64,000 nt of DNA from Macrostomum lignano (lineage: Eukaryota): assembly GCA_002269645.1 (NCBI GenBank), contig NIVC01000157.1:248001-312000 (forward strand), read 5' to 3'. Of this stretch, positions 24,062 through 36,770 are shown one piece after another. The translations under genes and the position numbers were made by a program. A model generated the notes under the pieces. It was not told the DNA's origin. It saw only the letters and a program-made list of their open reading frames with translations, and did no database searches. The first letter of the stretch is position 1; the number at the start of each line of letters is the position of its first letter.

Positions 24062-25310
24062 TGAGAGAGAGACAGGGTGAGAGAGAGAGACAGGGTGAGA
24101 GAGAGAGAGAGACAGGGTGAGGGAGAGAGACAGGGTGAGAGAGAGACAGGGTGAGAGAGAGACAGGGTGAGAGAGAGAGACAGGGTGAGAGAGAGAGACA
24201 GGGTGGGTGAGAGAGAGAGACAGGGTGAGAGAGACAGGGTGAGAGGGAGAGAGACAGGGTGAGAGAGAGAGAGAGAGAGAGACAGGGTGAGAGAGAGACA
24301 GGGTGAGAGAGAGAGACAGGGTGAGAGAGAGAGACTGGGTGAGAGAGATACAGGGTGAGAGAGAGACAGGGTGAGAGAGACAGGGTGAGAGAGAGACAGG
24401 GTGAGAGAGAGACAGGGTGAGAGAGAGAGACAGGGTGAGAGAGAGAGACAGGGTGAGAGAGAGAGAGACAGGGTGAGAGAGAGACAGGGTGAGAGAGAGA
24501 CAGGGTGAGAGAGAGAGACAGGGTGAGAGAGAGAGACAGGGTGAGAGACAGGGTGAGAGAGAGAGACAGGGTGGGAGAGAGAGACAGGGTGAGAGAGAGA
24601 GACAGGGTGAGAGAGAGAGACAGGGTGAGAGAGAGAGAGACAGGGTGAGAGAGAGAGACAGGGTGAGAGAGAGAGACAGGGTGAGAGAGAGAGACAGGGT
24701 GAGAGAGATAGAGACAGGGTGAGAGAGAGACAGGGTGAGAGAGAGAGACAGGGTGAGAGAGAGAGAGACTGGGTGAGAGAGATACAGGGTGAGAGAGAGA
24801 CAGGGTGAGAGAGAGAGACAGGGTGAGAGAGAGACAGGGTGAGAGAGAGACAGGGTGAGAGAGAGAGACAGGGTGAGAGAGAGAGACAGGGTGAGAGAGA
24901 GAGACAGGGTGAGAGAGAGAGAGACAGGGTGAGAGAGAGAGACAGGGTGAGAGAGAGAGACAGGGTGAGAGAGAGAGACAGGGTGAGAGAGAGAGACAGG
25001 GTGAGAGAGATAGAGACAGGGTGAGAGAGAGAGACAGGGTGAGAGAGAGACAGGGTGAGAGAGAGAGACAGGGTGAGAGAGAGACAGGGTGAGAGGGAGA
25101 GAGACAGGGTGAGAGAGAGACAGGGTGAGAGAGAGACAGGGTGAGAGAGAGAGACAGGGTGAGAGAGAGAGAGAATGGGTGAGAGAGAGACAGGGTGAGA
25201 GGGAGAGAGACGGGATGAGAAGGAGAAAGACGAGGGTGAGATGGAGAGATGAGGATGAGGGAGAGAGACGAGGGAGAGAGAGAGAGAGAGGGAGAGAGAG
25301 AGAGAGAGGA
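22690..25310 (+). repeat. GA-rich compound satellite ((GA)nCAGGGT)
   Basis: Read directly; explains the SLSHPV-type ORFs. Confidence 0.95.
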
Positions 25311-26832
25311 GGGCGCCTCCAATCTCAGGCACGGACGCGGTACATGTAAAAAGGACAAACAAGTCAAGTTGATTTGAGTTGCCGATATTTCGAATTAGGT
25401 AAATTCTTCGTCAGGGCAAATGAAAAGTAGCGACAAGTGGTGTTGTAAAAGTTATTAAATAGGCGGGTTAGAGGGGAGAGAGAGTAGGCAGGTAGATAGA
25501 GAGCGTACGGTATGTACACTTGGTGTGAGTCGATAAAACACTATTAGAGTTGAAAATGCAAAATAAAAAACAGTGCACAAATAAAGTGAACCGCACGTGG
25601 GCTGCAGCGATCCTACACACGAAATAAATAATGGAATAGTGCGACTGCACCGGTGTCTAAAAAGGGGAAAGAGTTCTAAGCACTTTACAAAATTGACCTC
25701 AATAAATAAAAAAGGTGAAAAGGCCCTCAAAAACTAAAAAGAGCAATTGTACGATAAGCAAAAGAGTAAAAGTAAAAAGTGTAATAAAAAGTACAGGGTG
25801 TCAAGAAACAATAGAAATGTTGATGCAGAATAAATGCTGAGAATATAAAAAAGCTGTGCTTGGGCTAGCGATGAGAATAAAAAAATTTCTAAGAAAGGAG
25901 CAATAAAAGGCTTGGAAGGTACCGGCACGGTCTGACAAAGGTAAGTAGTAGGGAAAGTGAAGTAAAAAATCAAAGGAAAAAATAAAAAAATTCAATCAGT
26001 GGTGGACTCCAGTCGACTGGGACAGAGCAGCTGCCGGAGGTTCCGCCCTTTGGTGTAGGCGGGCAGCACCGGGGCCTCGCAGCACCGGGCCACGCGGTCC
26101 TTCACCGCGGCCACCAGGGCGTCCGACCTCGCACAATGGGGCAGGATCAGCGGGATGGCCGGGTTGTGCAGCGTGCCGGCAAGCTCGTTGACGCCGTGCG
26201 GGTTTGAGTCTTTAACACCTCGATGAGCTTGGCCTCGTGGCGCTGCCGCCGCTCGTTCGCTCTGGGTCCCGTGCCGTCACGAGACCAGATGCCGGTGAAG
26301 GCGAAGTCCGCCAGACTGTGGCCATCACTGGTGAAATGGCGGGCCACCGGAGTGTCACGGGCGTGCCGGATGTCGCCGATGTACGCCAGCATGCGGCCGC
26401 GGATGCTGTTGGCGGTCTCGCCTACGTAGACCGTGTGGTCGCACCGGCGGCAGAACACGGCGTAGACGGCGTTGGTGGCGTTGCAGTCGATCCGCTGACT
26501 GATGATGAGCTGGACTGTCGTGGCTGCTGATCCGGGGCAGACGGAGGCGAACCTGGCGTGCGCCTGGCAACACCTGCACAGCCGGGTCGGGTTTCACGGC
26601 AGAAAGCCGAATTCCCACCGTCTCGTCGGGTAGAAGCCCAGCTCCGTCAGCATCTCGTACTTGATCGTGCGCAGGAACCGCCGATTGTAGCCCTGGTGTT
26701 GCACCAGACTTGAAAACAGCCCGGTGCACGCTGCGTCGAAATCGGCCATCAGGGAACACCGCCGGGCGTATTTGAGGAGCTGGGACTTCACCACGCCCCG
26801 GAACGTCCGCTTCGGGTGGAAAGAGTGGCTTT
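25311..26832 (-). mobile_element. 5'-truncated Penelope-like element (Neptune-like): RT thumb, Cys-rich linker, GIY-YIG endonuclease, 3' UTR with hammerhead
   Basis: SFHPKRTFRGVVKSQLLKYARRCS...QGYNRRFL (thumb); GFLP*NPTRLCRCC...IDCNATNAVYAVFCRRCDHTVYVGETANSIRGR...PVARHF...HSLADF...HEAKLIEVL..PHGVN (endonuclease). One stop at 26594, one frameshift near 26205, final stop at 25992. Inserted in a GA satellite. Confidence 0.88.
25379..25419 (-). ncRNA. Minimal type-I hammerhead ribozyme (PLE-associated)
   Basis: Minus strand TTGCC-CTGACGA-A-GAATT(TACCT)AATTC-GAAA-TA-T-C-GGCAA: perfect 5-bp stems I and II, core CUGACGA/GAAA, AUC cleavage triplet (cut between 25384 and 25383). Confidence 0.8.
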
Positions 26833-27449
26833 TAGTGAGAGAGAGACAGGGTGAGAGAGAGAGACAGGGTGAGAGAGAGAGAGAATGGGTGAGAGAGAGA
26901 CAGGGTGAGAGGGAGAGAGACGGGATGAGAAGGAGAAAGACGAGGGTGAGATGGAGAGATGAGGATGAGGGAGAGAGACGAGGGAGAGAGAGAGAGAGAG
27001 AGACGAGGGAGAGAGACAGGATGAGAGAGGAAGAGAGACAGGGTGAGAGGGAGAGAGAGGGTGAGAGGGAGAGAGAGAGAGACAGGGTGAGAGACAGGGT
27101 GAGAGAGAGAGAGAGAGAGACAGGGTGAGAGGGAGAGAGAGGGTGAGAGGGAGAGAGACAGGATGAGAGAGAGAGAGAGACAGGGTGAGAGAGAGAGAGA
27201 CAGGGTGAGGGACAGGGTGAGAGGGAGAGAGAGGGTGAGAGGGAGAGAGACAGGGTGAGAGGGAAAGAGAATAGGGTGAGAGGGAGAGAGACAGGATGAG
27301 AGAGGGAGAGAGACAGGGTGAGAGAGAGACAGGGTGAGAGAGAGACAGGGTGAGAGAGAGACAGGGTGAGAGAGAGACAGGGTGAGAGAGAGAGAGACAG
27401 GGTGAGAGAGAGACAGGGTGAGAGAGAGAGACAGGGTGAGAGAGAGAAA

Positions 27450-27490
<41 letters not shown>

Positions 27491-28512
27491 TGAGAGAGAG
27501 ACAGGGTGAGAGAGAGAGACAGGGTGAGAGAGAGAGAGAGAGACAGGGTGAGAGGGAGAGAGAGGGTGAGAGGGAGAGAGACAGGGTGAGAGGGAAAGAG
27601 AATAGGGTGAGAGGGAGAGAGACAGGATGAGAGAGGGAGAGAGACAGGGTGAGAGAGAGACAGGGTGAGAGAGAGAGACAGGGTGAGAGAGAGAGACAGG
27701 GTGAGAGAGAGAGACAGGGTGAGAGAGAGAGAGAGAGACAGGGTGAGAGAGAGAGAGAGAGAGACAGGGTGAGAGAGAGACAGGGTGAGAGAGAGAGAGA
27801 GAGACAGGGTGAGAGAGTGAGACAGGGTGAGAGAGAGACAGGGTGAGAGAGAGACAGGGTGAGAGAGAGAGAGAGAGAGAGAGACAGGGTGAGAGAGAGA
27901 CAGGGTGAGAGAGAGAGACAGGGTGAGAGAGAGAGACAGGGTGAGAGAGAGAGACAGGGTGAGAGAGAGACAGGGTGAGAGAGAGACAGGGTGAGAGAGA
28001 GAGAGAGAGAGACAGGGTGAGAGAGAGACAGGGTGAGAGAGAGAGACAGGGTGAGAGAGAGAGAGAGAGACAGGGTGAGGGAGAGAGACAGGGTGAGAGA
28101 GAGACAGGGTGAGAGAGAGACAGGGTGAGAGAGAGAGAGAGAGAGACAGGGTGAGAGAGAGACAGGGTGAGAGAGAGACAGGGTGAGAGAGAGACAGGGT
28201 GAGAGAGAGAGACAGGGTGAGAGAGAGAGACAGGGTGAGAGAGAGAGACAGGGTGAGAGAGAGAGAGAGAGAGAGACAGGGTGAGAGAGAGACAGGGTGA
28301 GAGAGAGACAGGGTGAGAGAGAGAGACAGGGTGAGAGAGTGAGACAGGGTGAGAGAGAGACAGGGTGAGAGAGAGACAGGGTGAGAGAGAGAGAGAGAGA
28401 GAGACAGGGTGAGAGAGAGACAGGGTGAGAGAGAGAGACAGGGTGAGAGAGAGAGACAGGGTGAGAGAGAGAGACAGGGTGAGAGAGAGACAGGGTGAGA
28501 GAGAGACAGGGT

Positions 28513-28543
<31 letters not shown>

Positions 28544-29068
28544 TGAGAGAGAGACAGGGTGAGAGAGAGAGACAGGGTGAGAGAGAGAGAGAGACAGGGT
28601 GAGGAGAGAGACAGGGTGAGAGAGAGACAGGGTGAGAGAGAGACAGGGTGAGAGAGAGAGAGAGAGAGAGACAGGGTGAGAGAGAGACAGGGTGAGAGAG
28701 AGACAGGGTGAGAGAGAGACAGGGTGAGAGAGAGAGACAGGGTGAGAGAGAGAGACAGGGTGAGAGAGAGAGACAGGGTGAGAGAGACAGGGTGAGAGAG
28801 AGAGACAGTGTGAGAGAGACAGGGTGAGAGAGAGAGACAGGGTGAGAGAGAGACAGGGTGAGAGAGAGAGACAGTGTGAGAGAGAGAGACAGGGTGAGAG
28901 GGAGAGAGACAGTGTGAGAGAGAGAGACAGTGTGAGAGAGACAGGGTGAGAGAGAGAGACAGGGTGAGAGAGAGAGACAGGGTGAGAGAGAGAGACAGTG
29001 TGAGAGAGACAGGGTGAGAGAGAGAGACAGGGTGAGAGAGAGACAGTGAGAGAGAGATGAGAGAGACT
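26833..29068 (+). repeat. GA-rich compound satellite ((GA)nCAGGGT), second block
   Basis: Read directly. Confidence 0.95.
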
Positions 29069-29524
29069 GTGTCAATAAAGTGGCCCAGAACCAGTCACTG
29101 TATCAGGCGGCCGGATCCTATTTCCCAAATAGTCAAAAATAGCTAAGAAAAAAGTTTCCTTTGAGCATTCGAGACTAAATTTCCTACCATGGACATTGTT
29201 GGGATGTGACTGTCTGTCTCCCTCCCTGCCTGCCTCCGCCTCTTGCTTGTTCAAATATTTGAACCTGCTTCCACACCCCCAGCCCCGTGTCTTGCAGAAT
29301 CCTTCGGATTGCAAGCTGAGAGAGCCGGCTGCCTGAAGTATTAATTCTAACCCAAGCTATTCAGCACGTTTTGTGGAAACCTGCAGCATTGTTTCCGTTT
29401 TTTATTAGCCATGATATCGCTATTTATAGACAGGTATATAGAGAGCTGCATCGATTCAGTGGGAGATAAGGTTTTGCCTCCTTGAGATTAAACATTTCCC
29501 AACCTCAGAGGTTGAAACATCTCC

Positions 29525-29915
29525 CACCGAGATTAGAGGCTTACCGACTCCACAGAGGTTAGAGAATCTCCCCATGAGATCAGAGGCTTACCGACTCCGC
29601 AGAGGTTAGAGAATCTCCCCATGAGATTAGAGGCTTACCGACTCCGCAGAGATCAGAGAATCTCCCCATGAGATTCAAGAGGCTTACCGACTCCGCAGAG
29701 ATTAGAGAATCTCCCCCTGAGATTAGGACTTACTGACTCCGCAGAGATTAGAGAATCTCCCCATGAGATTAGAGACTTACCGACTCCGCAGAGATTAGAG
29801 AATCTCCCTGATGAGATCAGAGACTTACCGACTCCGCAGAGATTAGAGAATCTCCCCGATGAGATCAGAGACTTACCGACCCCAAAGAGATTAGAGAATC
29901 TCCCCCCTGAGATTA
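29525..29915 (+). repeat. ~47-bp tandem repeat (GAGATTAGAGAATCTCCCCATGAGATTAGAGGCTTACCGACTCCGCA), about 8 copies
   Basis: Read directly. Confidence 0.85.
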
Positions 29916-30368
29916 GAATACCCTATAGAGTCTCCATAGACTTACAGTTTTTACGTAAAGCTATGATGAACTAAAAGTGGCTTTTAGTGCACTGCACAGC
30001 CGAACCGCACAAGGCATTCCTTGCGCAAAAGCAGCTGGCTCAGAAATGAAACAGTGTTGGCTCGCCTCCGTTGCCAAGCAAAATTACCAACTCAATTCAA
30101 AAATTTATTAACGGCTGTAATTCAAATTCAGCTCCTGCTTGCTCACTTTCGTGTTACCGGATCCGCCATCGCGGAGGCGGCCAGAGTCGGGTCGTGGGGT
30201 TTTATTTGCGCTTCCGGAATGCCGCGCTCGTAAAAAGCTTGCAGTTCAATCAGTTTTATAGACTGGATTAGCATAATTAGCATTGAGATGGGGCTGAGAG
30301 TCTGCGAGCGCCTCAGCATTGCCTTCTTATTTATGACTGCCTGGCACCATCCGCTGCGACTGCTGATT

Positions 30369-31225
<857 letters not shown>

Positions 31226-31619
31226 CATCTTTTCTATTAAATCTTGTGACAAAAATGTATCTCTTTAAATCATTTTTAGCTTCTTCATTTTTTTTTCGTT
31301 AGTCCAGTTTGAGTGGGGAAACAGGATTTTAATGAGATCCATGTAATGCGTGACAACCACGCTTCATTAGCCTCGACTTTCGACAGGTCGTCAGCCTCGT
31401 CAAAAAGCTGATTTCAAAATTTTTCTATTAGATTGTAAAATTCTGAACCTGTTTGCGCGTGAAGCTTTCTAGACAAGCTCGGCACAGCGGGAGTTGACGC
31501 CAGGGCATTCTTGAACATTTTTGAGCTGGTTCTGCCCTGCTGGGAGGGGCATCGTGGAATTGAAAAAAAGTAAGCTGGGCGTTTTATTCAAATTATTTTC
31601 GGAGTGTGCACGTTAGACA

Positions 31620-34010
31620 AGAGTGTACATATTAGATAGGATTGTACATGTTAGATAAGTGTATTTGTTAGATAGGAGTGTACATGTTAGATAGGAGTGT
31701 ACATGTTAGATAAGAGTGTACATGTTAGATCAAAGTGTACATGTTAAAGAGTGTACTTGTTAGACAGGAGTGTACATGTTAGATAGGAGTGTACATGTCA
31801 GATAGGAGTGTACATGTCAGATAGGAGTGTACATGTTAGATAGAAGTGTACATTGAGATAAGAGTGCACATGTCAGATTGGACTGTACATGTTAGATAAA
31901 GTGTACATGTTAGATAGGAGTGTACATGTTAGATAGGAGTGTACATGTTAGATAGGAGTGTACATGTTAGATAGGAGTGTACATGTTAGATAGGAGTGTA
32001 CATGTTAAAGAGTGTACTTGTTAGACAGGAGTGTACATGTTAGATAGGAGTGTACATATTAGATAGGAGTGTACATGTTAGATAGGAGTGTACATTGAGA
32101 TAGGAGTGTACATGTTAGATAGGAGTGTTCATGTTAGATAGGAGTGTTCATGTTAGATAAGAGTGCACATGTCAGATTGGACTGTACATGTTAGATAAAG
32201 TGTACATGTTAGATAGGAGTGTACATGTTAGATAGGAGTGTACATGTTAGATAGGAGTGTACATGTTAGATAGGATTGTACATGTTAAAGAGTGTACTTG
32301 TTAGACAGGAGTGTACATGTTAGATAGGAGTGTTCATGTTAGATAAGAGTGCACATGTCAGATTGGACTGTACATGTTAGATAAAGTGTACATGTTAGAT
32401 AAGAGTGTACATGTTAGATAGGAGTGTACATATTAGATAGGAGTGTACATGTGAGATAGGAGTGTACATTGAGATAGGAGTGTACATGTTAGATAGGAGT
32501 GTTCATGTTAGATAAGAGTGTTCATGTTAGATAAGAGTGTACATGTTAGATAAGAGTTTACATGTTAGATAGGAGTGTTCATGCTAGATAGGAGTGTACA
32601 TGTTAGATAGGAGTGTAAATGTTAGATAGGAGTGTACATTGAGATAGGAGTGTACATGTTAGATAGGAGTGTATATGTTAGATAGGAGTGTACATGTTAG
32701 ATAGGAGTGTACATGTTAGATAGGAGTGTACATGTTAGATAGGAGTGTACATTGAGATAGGAGTGTAAATGTTAGATAGGAGTGTACATGTTAGATAAGA
32801 GTTTACATGTTAGATAGGAGTGTTCATGTTAGATAAGAGTGTACATGTTAGATAAGAGTGCACATGTCAGATTGGACTATACATGTTAGATAAAGTGTAC
32901 ATGTTAGATAGGAGTGTACATGTTAGATAGGAGTGTACATGTTAAAGAGTGTACTTGTTAGACAGGAGTGTACATGTTAGATAGGAGTGTTCATGTTAGA
33001 TAAGAGTGCACATGTCAGATTGGACTGTACATGTTAGATAAAGTGTACATGTTAGATAGAAGTGTACATGTCAGATTGGACTGTACATATTAGATAGGAG
33101 TGTACATGTGAGATAGGAGTGTACATTGAGATAGGAGTGTACATGTTAGATAGGAGTGTTCATGTTAGATAAGAGTGTTCATGTTAGATAGGAGTGTACA
33201 TGTTAGATAGGAGTGTACATGTTAGATAGGAGTGTACATGTTAGATAAGAGTTTACATGTTAGATAGGAGTGTTCATGTTAGATAAGAGTGTACATGTTA
33301 GATAAGAGTGCACATGTCAGATTGGACTATGCATGTTAGATAAAGTGTACATGATAGATAAGAGTGTGCATGTTAGATATGAGTGTATATGTTAGAGAGG
33401 AGTGTACATGTTAGATAAAGTGTACATGTTAGATCAAAGTGTACATGTTAGATAGGAGTGTACATATTAGATAGGAGTGTACATGTGAGATAGGAGTGTA
33501 CATTGAGATAGGAGTGTACATGTTAGATAGGAGTGTTCATGTTAGATAAGAGTGTTCATGTTAGATAAGAGTGTACATGTTAGATAAGAGTTTACATGTT
33601 AGATAGGAGTGTTCATGTTAGATAGGAGTGTACATATTAGATAGGAGTGTACATGTGAGATAGGAGTGTACATTGAGATAGGAGTGTACATGTTAGATAG
33701 GAGTGTTCATGTTAGATAAGAGTGTTCATGTTAGATAGGAGTGTACATGTTAGATAGGAGTGTACATGTTAGATAGGAGTGTACATGTTAGATAAGAGTT
33801 TACATGTTAGATAGGAGTGTTCATGTTAGATAAGAGTGTACATGTTAGATAAGAGTGCACATGTCAGATTGGACTATACATGTTAGATAAAGTGTACATG
33901 ATAGATAAGAGTGTGCATGTTAGATATGAGTGTATATGTTAGAGAGGAGTGTACATGTTAGATAGGAGTGTACATGTTGGACAAAAGTGTACATGTTAGA
34001 AACGATTTTG
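31620..34010 (+). repeat. 19-bp minisatellite (GTTAGATAGGAGTGTACAT) with higher-order variant blocks
   Basis: Read directly. Confidence 0.95.
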
Positions 34011-34477
34011 CATGTTAGACAGAATTTTTGACACATAAGAAACTCCTACGAAGGTTGTTTTTATATATATTTTTCTTAAGATGCAAATGCTATAATTATT
34101 TAAAACGATGAGAAACCTCATGAGTCATTTTACAATGTCAAAAACATTGCAGTCGGATATTTTGCCCTGCCGTCCTGTATCGAGGCAAGTCTGTTGACTT
34201 TTAGACTCAAATCTGTGCCGAGAGTCGAGAAGGCGTCTCTGCAGCCAAGATTTTTTATTGCTGTTTCCTCATCTTTCAAGGCTAATTTTAGAATTTTGGA
34301 ATAATATCCCATATCCTGTCAGGAACCAGCCCGTGGAGGAACGGGTCAGGACACGTGTAGGCGGCCACCACCAGATCCATATTTGGCCATCAGATCAAAC
34401 CAGACCTAGATCGGCAGATCCTTGATGAGGCGATTCTAAATATCCTATCGATTGCGCATTGCTGGCAAGGAGGTTCT

Positions 34478-34503
34478 GATTGGCTGGCCGAATGCTCTAT
34501 AAA
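34478..34503 (+). promoter_or_regulatory. Putative core promoter of the YWPGMW prohormone gene (inverted CCAAT ATTGG near 34478; TATAAA 34498-34503)
   Basis: Motifs lie about 100 bp upstream of the ATG at 34604. Confidence 0.5.
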
Positions 34504-34603
34504 TTATCCCAGTTCCCTCCTGCTGGGAGGAACCGCTGGACTTCGAGTTGCTGCAACTTTTGAGGCTCTGAGCTGACTGCTGTTTAACTCTACCGCGTCC
34601 GGA

Positions 34604-35645
34604 ATGACAACTCTTGGAAAGTAAGCTGGCTTTTATTTTTTACTTTTTCACTTCGTTTTGCTCAGTTTCACCAGATTCTGCTAACCGATTTTTCACTCGG
34701 CTCTCATAAATGAGCGTTTTTGTTCGGACCTGTAGGCCCCATGACCAAGAGAAACTGTTTGCGGCATCGCTGCATTAGGGCAGCCATTCAAGAATGCCAT
34801 TGCGCTGAGTTGCCATGCAGTTTCTGTGTGGTTGCTATGCGGTTTCCATGCAGTTGCTATGCTGTTGCTATGCGGTTTCCATGCAGTTGCTATGCAGTTG
34901 CTGTGCGGTTGCTGTACCGTTACTATTCAGTTGCTATTCAGTTGCTATTCTGTTGCTATGCGGTTTCCATGCAGTTGCTATGCTGTTGCTATGCGCTTTC
35001 CATGGGGTTGCTATGTAGTTGCTATGCTTTTCCCATGCCGATGCTATATGCCATTACCATGCAATTTCTACGCGGTTAATATACAGTTACTTTTCAGTTG
35101 TAATGCGGTTGCTATGCGGTTTCCATGCTATTTCAAACTTAATCTCGAACGCATCGGTTCGCCACTCTACCCTGCTCAGGCCGCAGACAGTCCGCCTGGC
35201 CGCTCCGCTGGCTCTGCTCCTGCTGTACACCATCTGCTTCTGCGCCAAACCAACGGCCGGTCTGCCAGCTTCCGCCAGCCTGATGGAGCGCCGAGCCAGC
35301 TACTGGCCGGGCATGTGGCAGTTCGACCGAAGCGACGGCGGCGGCTACGGGGAGCGCTACTACGACTACTACGGCGGGGCCAGGTACGCCAAGCGAGGCT
35401 ACTACTGGCCGGGCATGTGGAACTTCGATCGCTACTACGACGAGAGCTCGCCACTGGAGGGCAAGCGCGCCTACTACTGGCCTGGCATGTGGCGTTACCA
35501 GCAGCGCCGGCCGTCCAAGCGGTCCTACGGCTACGGCAACGACCATCCGTACTGGCTGGGCAAAGCCTGCGGCGAGACTGGCGACCCCGCCGCCTGCAGC
35601 ATCCTGAACGGCCTGCACAACAACTATTATTACTACTATGATTGA
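34604..35645 (+). CDS. Secreted prohormone-like protein, 160 aa, with three YWPGMW repeats and a C-terminal Cys-pair peptide; exons 34604-34620 and 35180-35645
   Basis: ATG ACA ACT CTT GGA AA|GTAAGC ... CTCAG|G joins in frame to give MTTLGKPQTVRLAAPLALLLLYTICFCAKPTAG (signal-like), then RR-ASYWPGMWQFDR, KR-GYYWPGMWNFDR...G-KR-AYYWPGMWRYQQ-RR, KR-SYGYGNDHPYWLGKACGETGDPAACSIL...YYYYYD*. Codon usage is GC-rich like the other exons. Confidence 0.85.
34810..35130 (+). repeat. Degenerate GTTGCTAT-based repeat in the prohormone intron, also present at 35845-36050
   Basis: Read directly; explains the Cys/Tyr-rich ORFs 34720..35079, 34815..35018 and 35972..36157. Confidence 0.8.
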
Positions 35646-36384
35646 GCAGTTCTTGCTATCTTGGTTGGTTTCATCTTATAGACAAACCTTTTGGAGGCCG
35701 ACAAGTTCTACGTATTGTATCGTGTGTCGTTTTCTCCGAATGTCATCAACCCCACCAACACCAAACGGTTTTGTGCGTCTCTGAGCTTGGCGTTTCTATT
35801 TTAACGGCATGTTGCGGTAACAGCGAACTGTATCTGTACTGTCCCTATGCTGTTGCTATGCCGTTGCTAGGCTATTGCCACCTAGATACTATAATTAATG
35901 TATTTGTCTTACAATTTTGGCTTTTGTCACTTAGCTATTGCAGTATGTAGTAGCAGCACATACTCATACAATTGCTATGCTGTTGCTGTGCAGTTGCTAT
36001 GCAGTTGCTATGCCGTTGCTATGCTATTGCTATGCTGTTGCTATGCAGTCGATATATATCGTTTCAGTCCATCTCAGCTGTTATTTTCCCATGTTTCTTT
36101 GAAGTCAGTGCGTTATTCCCCTGCAGGTATCGAAGCGATCAGGAAGATCCGGATTGATCAGTGATCAGGAAAATTTGATCAGGACAGACTGTTTTGTTAA
36201 TCCTTAATCCTAACATTCGCGCATATTATCCTATATCACACCCTGCGAGACTGCACTACCCATGTAGACTCCTGTAATAACTGTTGAGTGTCTCATTATT
36301 CGGAAAAATATATATACCACTCCATAAAATTTGAATTGTCAAAATCCATTCATTTATTTATTTATTTATTATAAATTTAGAGCG

Positions 36385-36770
36385 AAATGTCGGAGATATG
36401 AAGTGTCGGAGATATGAAGTGTCGGAGATGTGAAGTGTCGGAGATGTGAAGTGTCGGAGATATGAAGTGTCGGAGATGTGAAGTGTCGGAGATATGAAGT
36501 GTCGGAGATGTGAAGTGTCGGAGATATGAAGTGTCGGAGATGTGAAGTGTCGGAGATATGAAGTGTCGGAGATATGAAGTGTCGGAGATGTGAAGTGTCG
36601 GAGATGTGAAGTGTCGGAGATATGAAGTATCGGAGATATGAAGTGTCGGAGATATGAAGTGTCGGAGATGTGAAGTGTCGGAGATATGAAGTGTCGGAGA
36701 TATGAAGTATCGGAGATATGAAGTGTCGGAGATATGAAGTGTCGGAGATGTGAAGTGTCGGAGATATGAA
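36385..36770 (+). repeat. 16-bp minisatellite (GAAGTGTCGGAGATAT/GT), ending in a hairpin (GATATGAAGT..ACTTCATATC, 36763-36790)
   Basis: Read directly. Confidence 0.93.

Noticed and set aside
22690-29075. Very long ORFs (581, 544 and 747 aa) of SLSHPV/RERQGE type
   Set aside because: They are translations of a GA satellite lacking stops by composition; no start context, splice support or domain.
34720-35641. Alternative frames over the prohormone locus (34826..35641, 35139..35618)
   Set aside because: Their N-termini come from the intronic repeat. Only the frame of 35019..35645 gives signal peptide, dibasic sites and repeated peptides, and it splices to an ATG exon.
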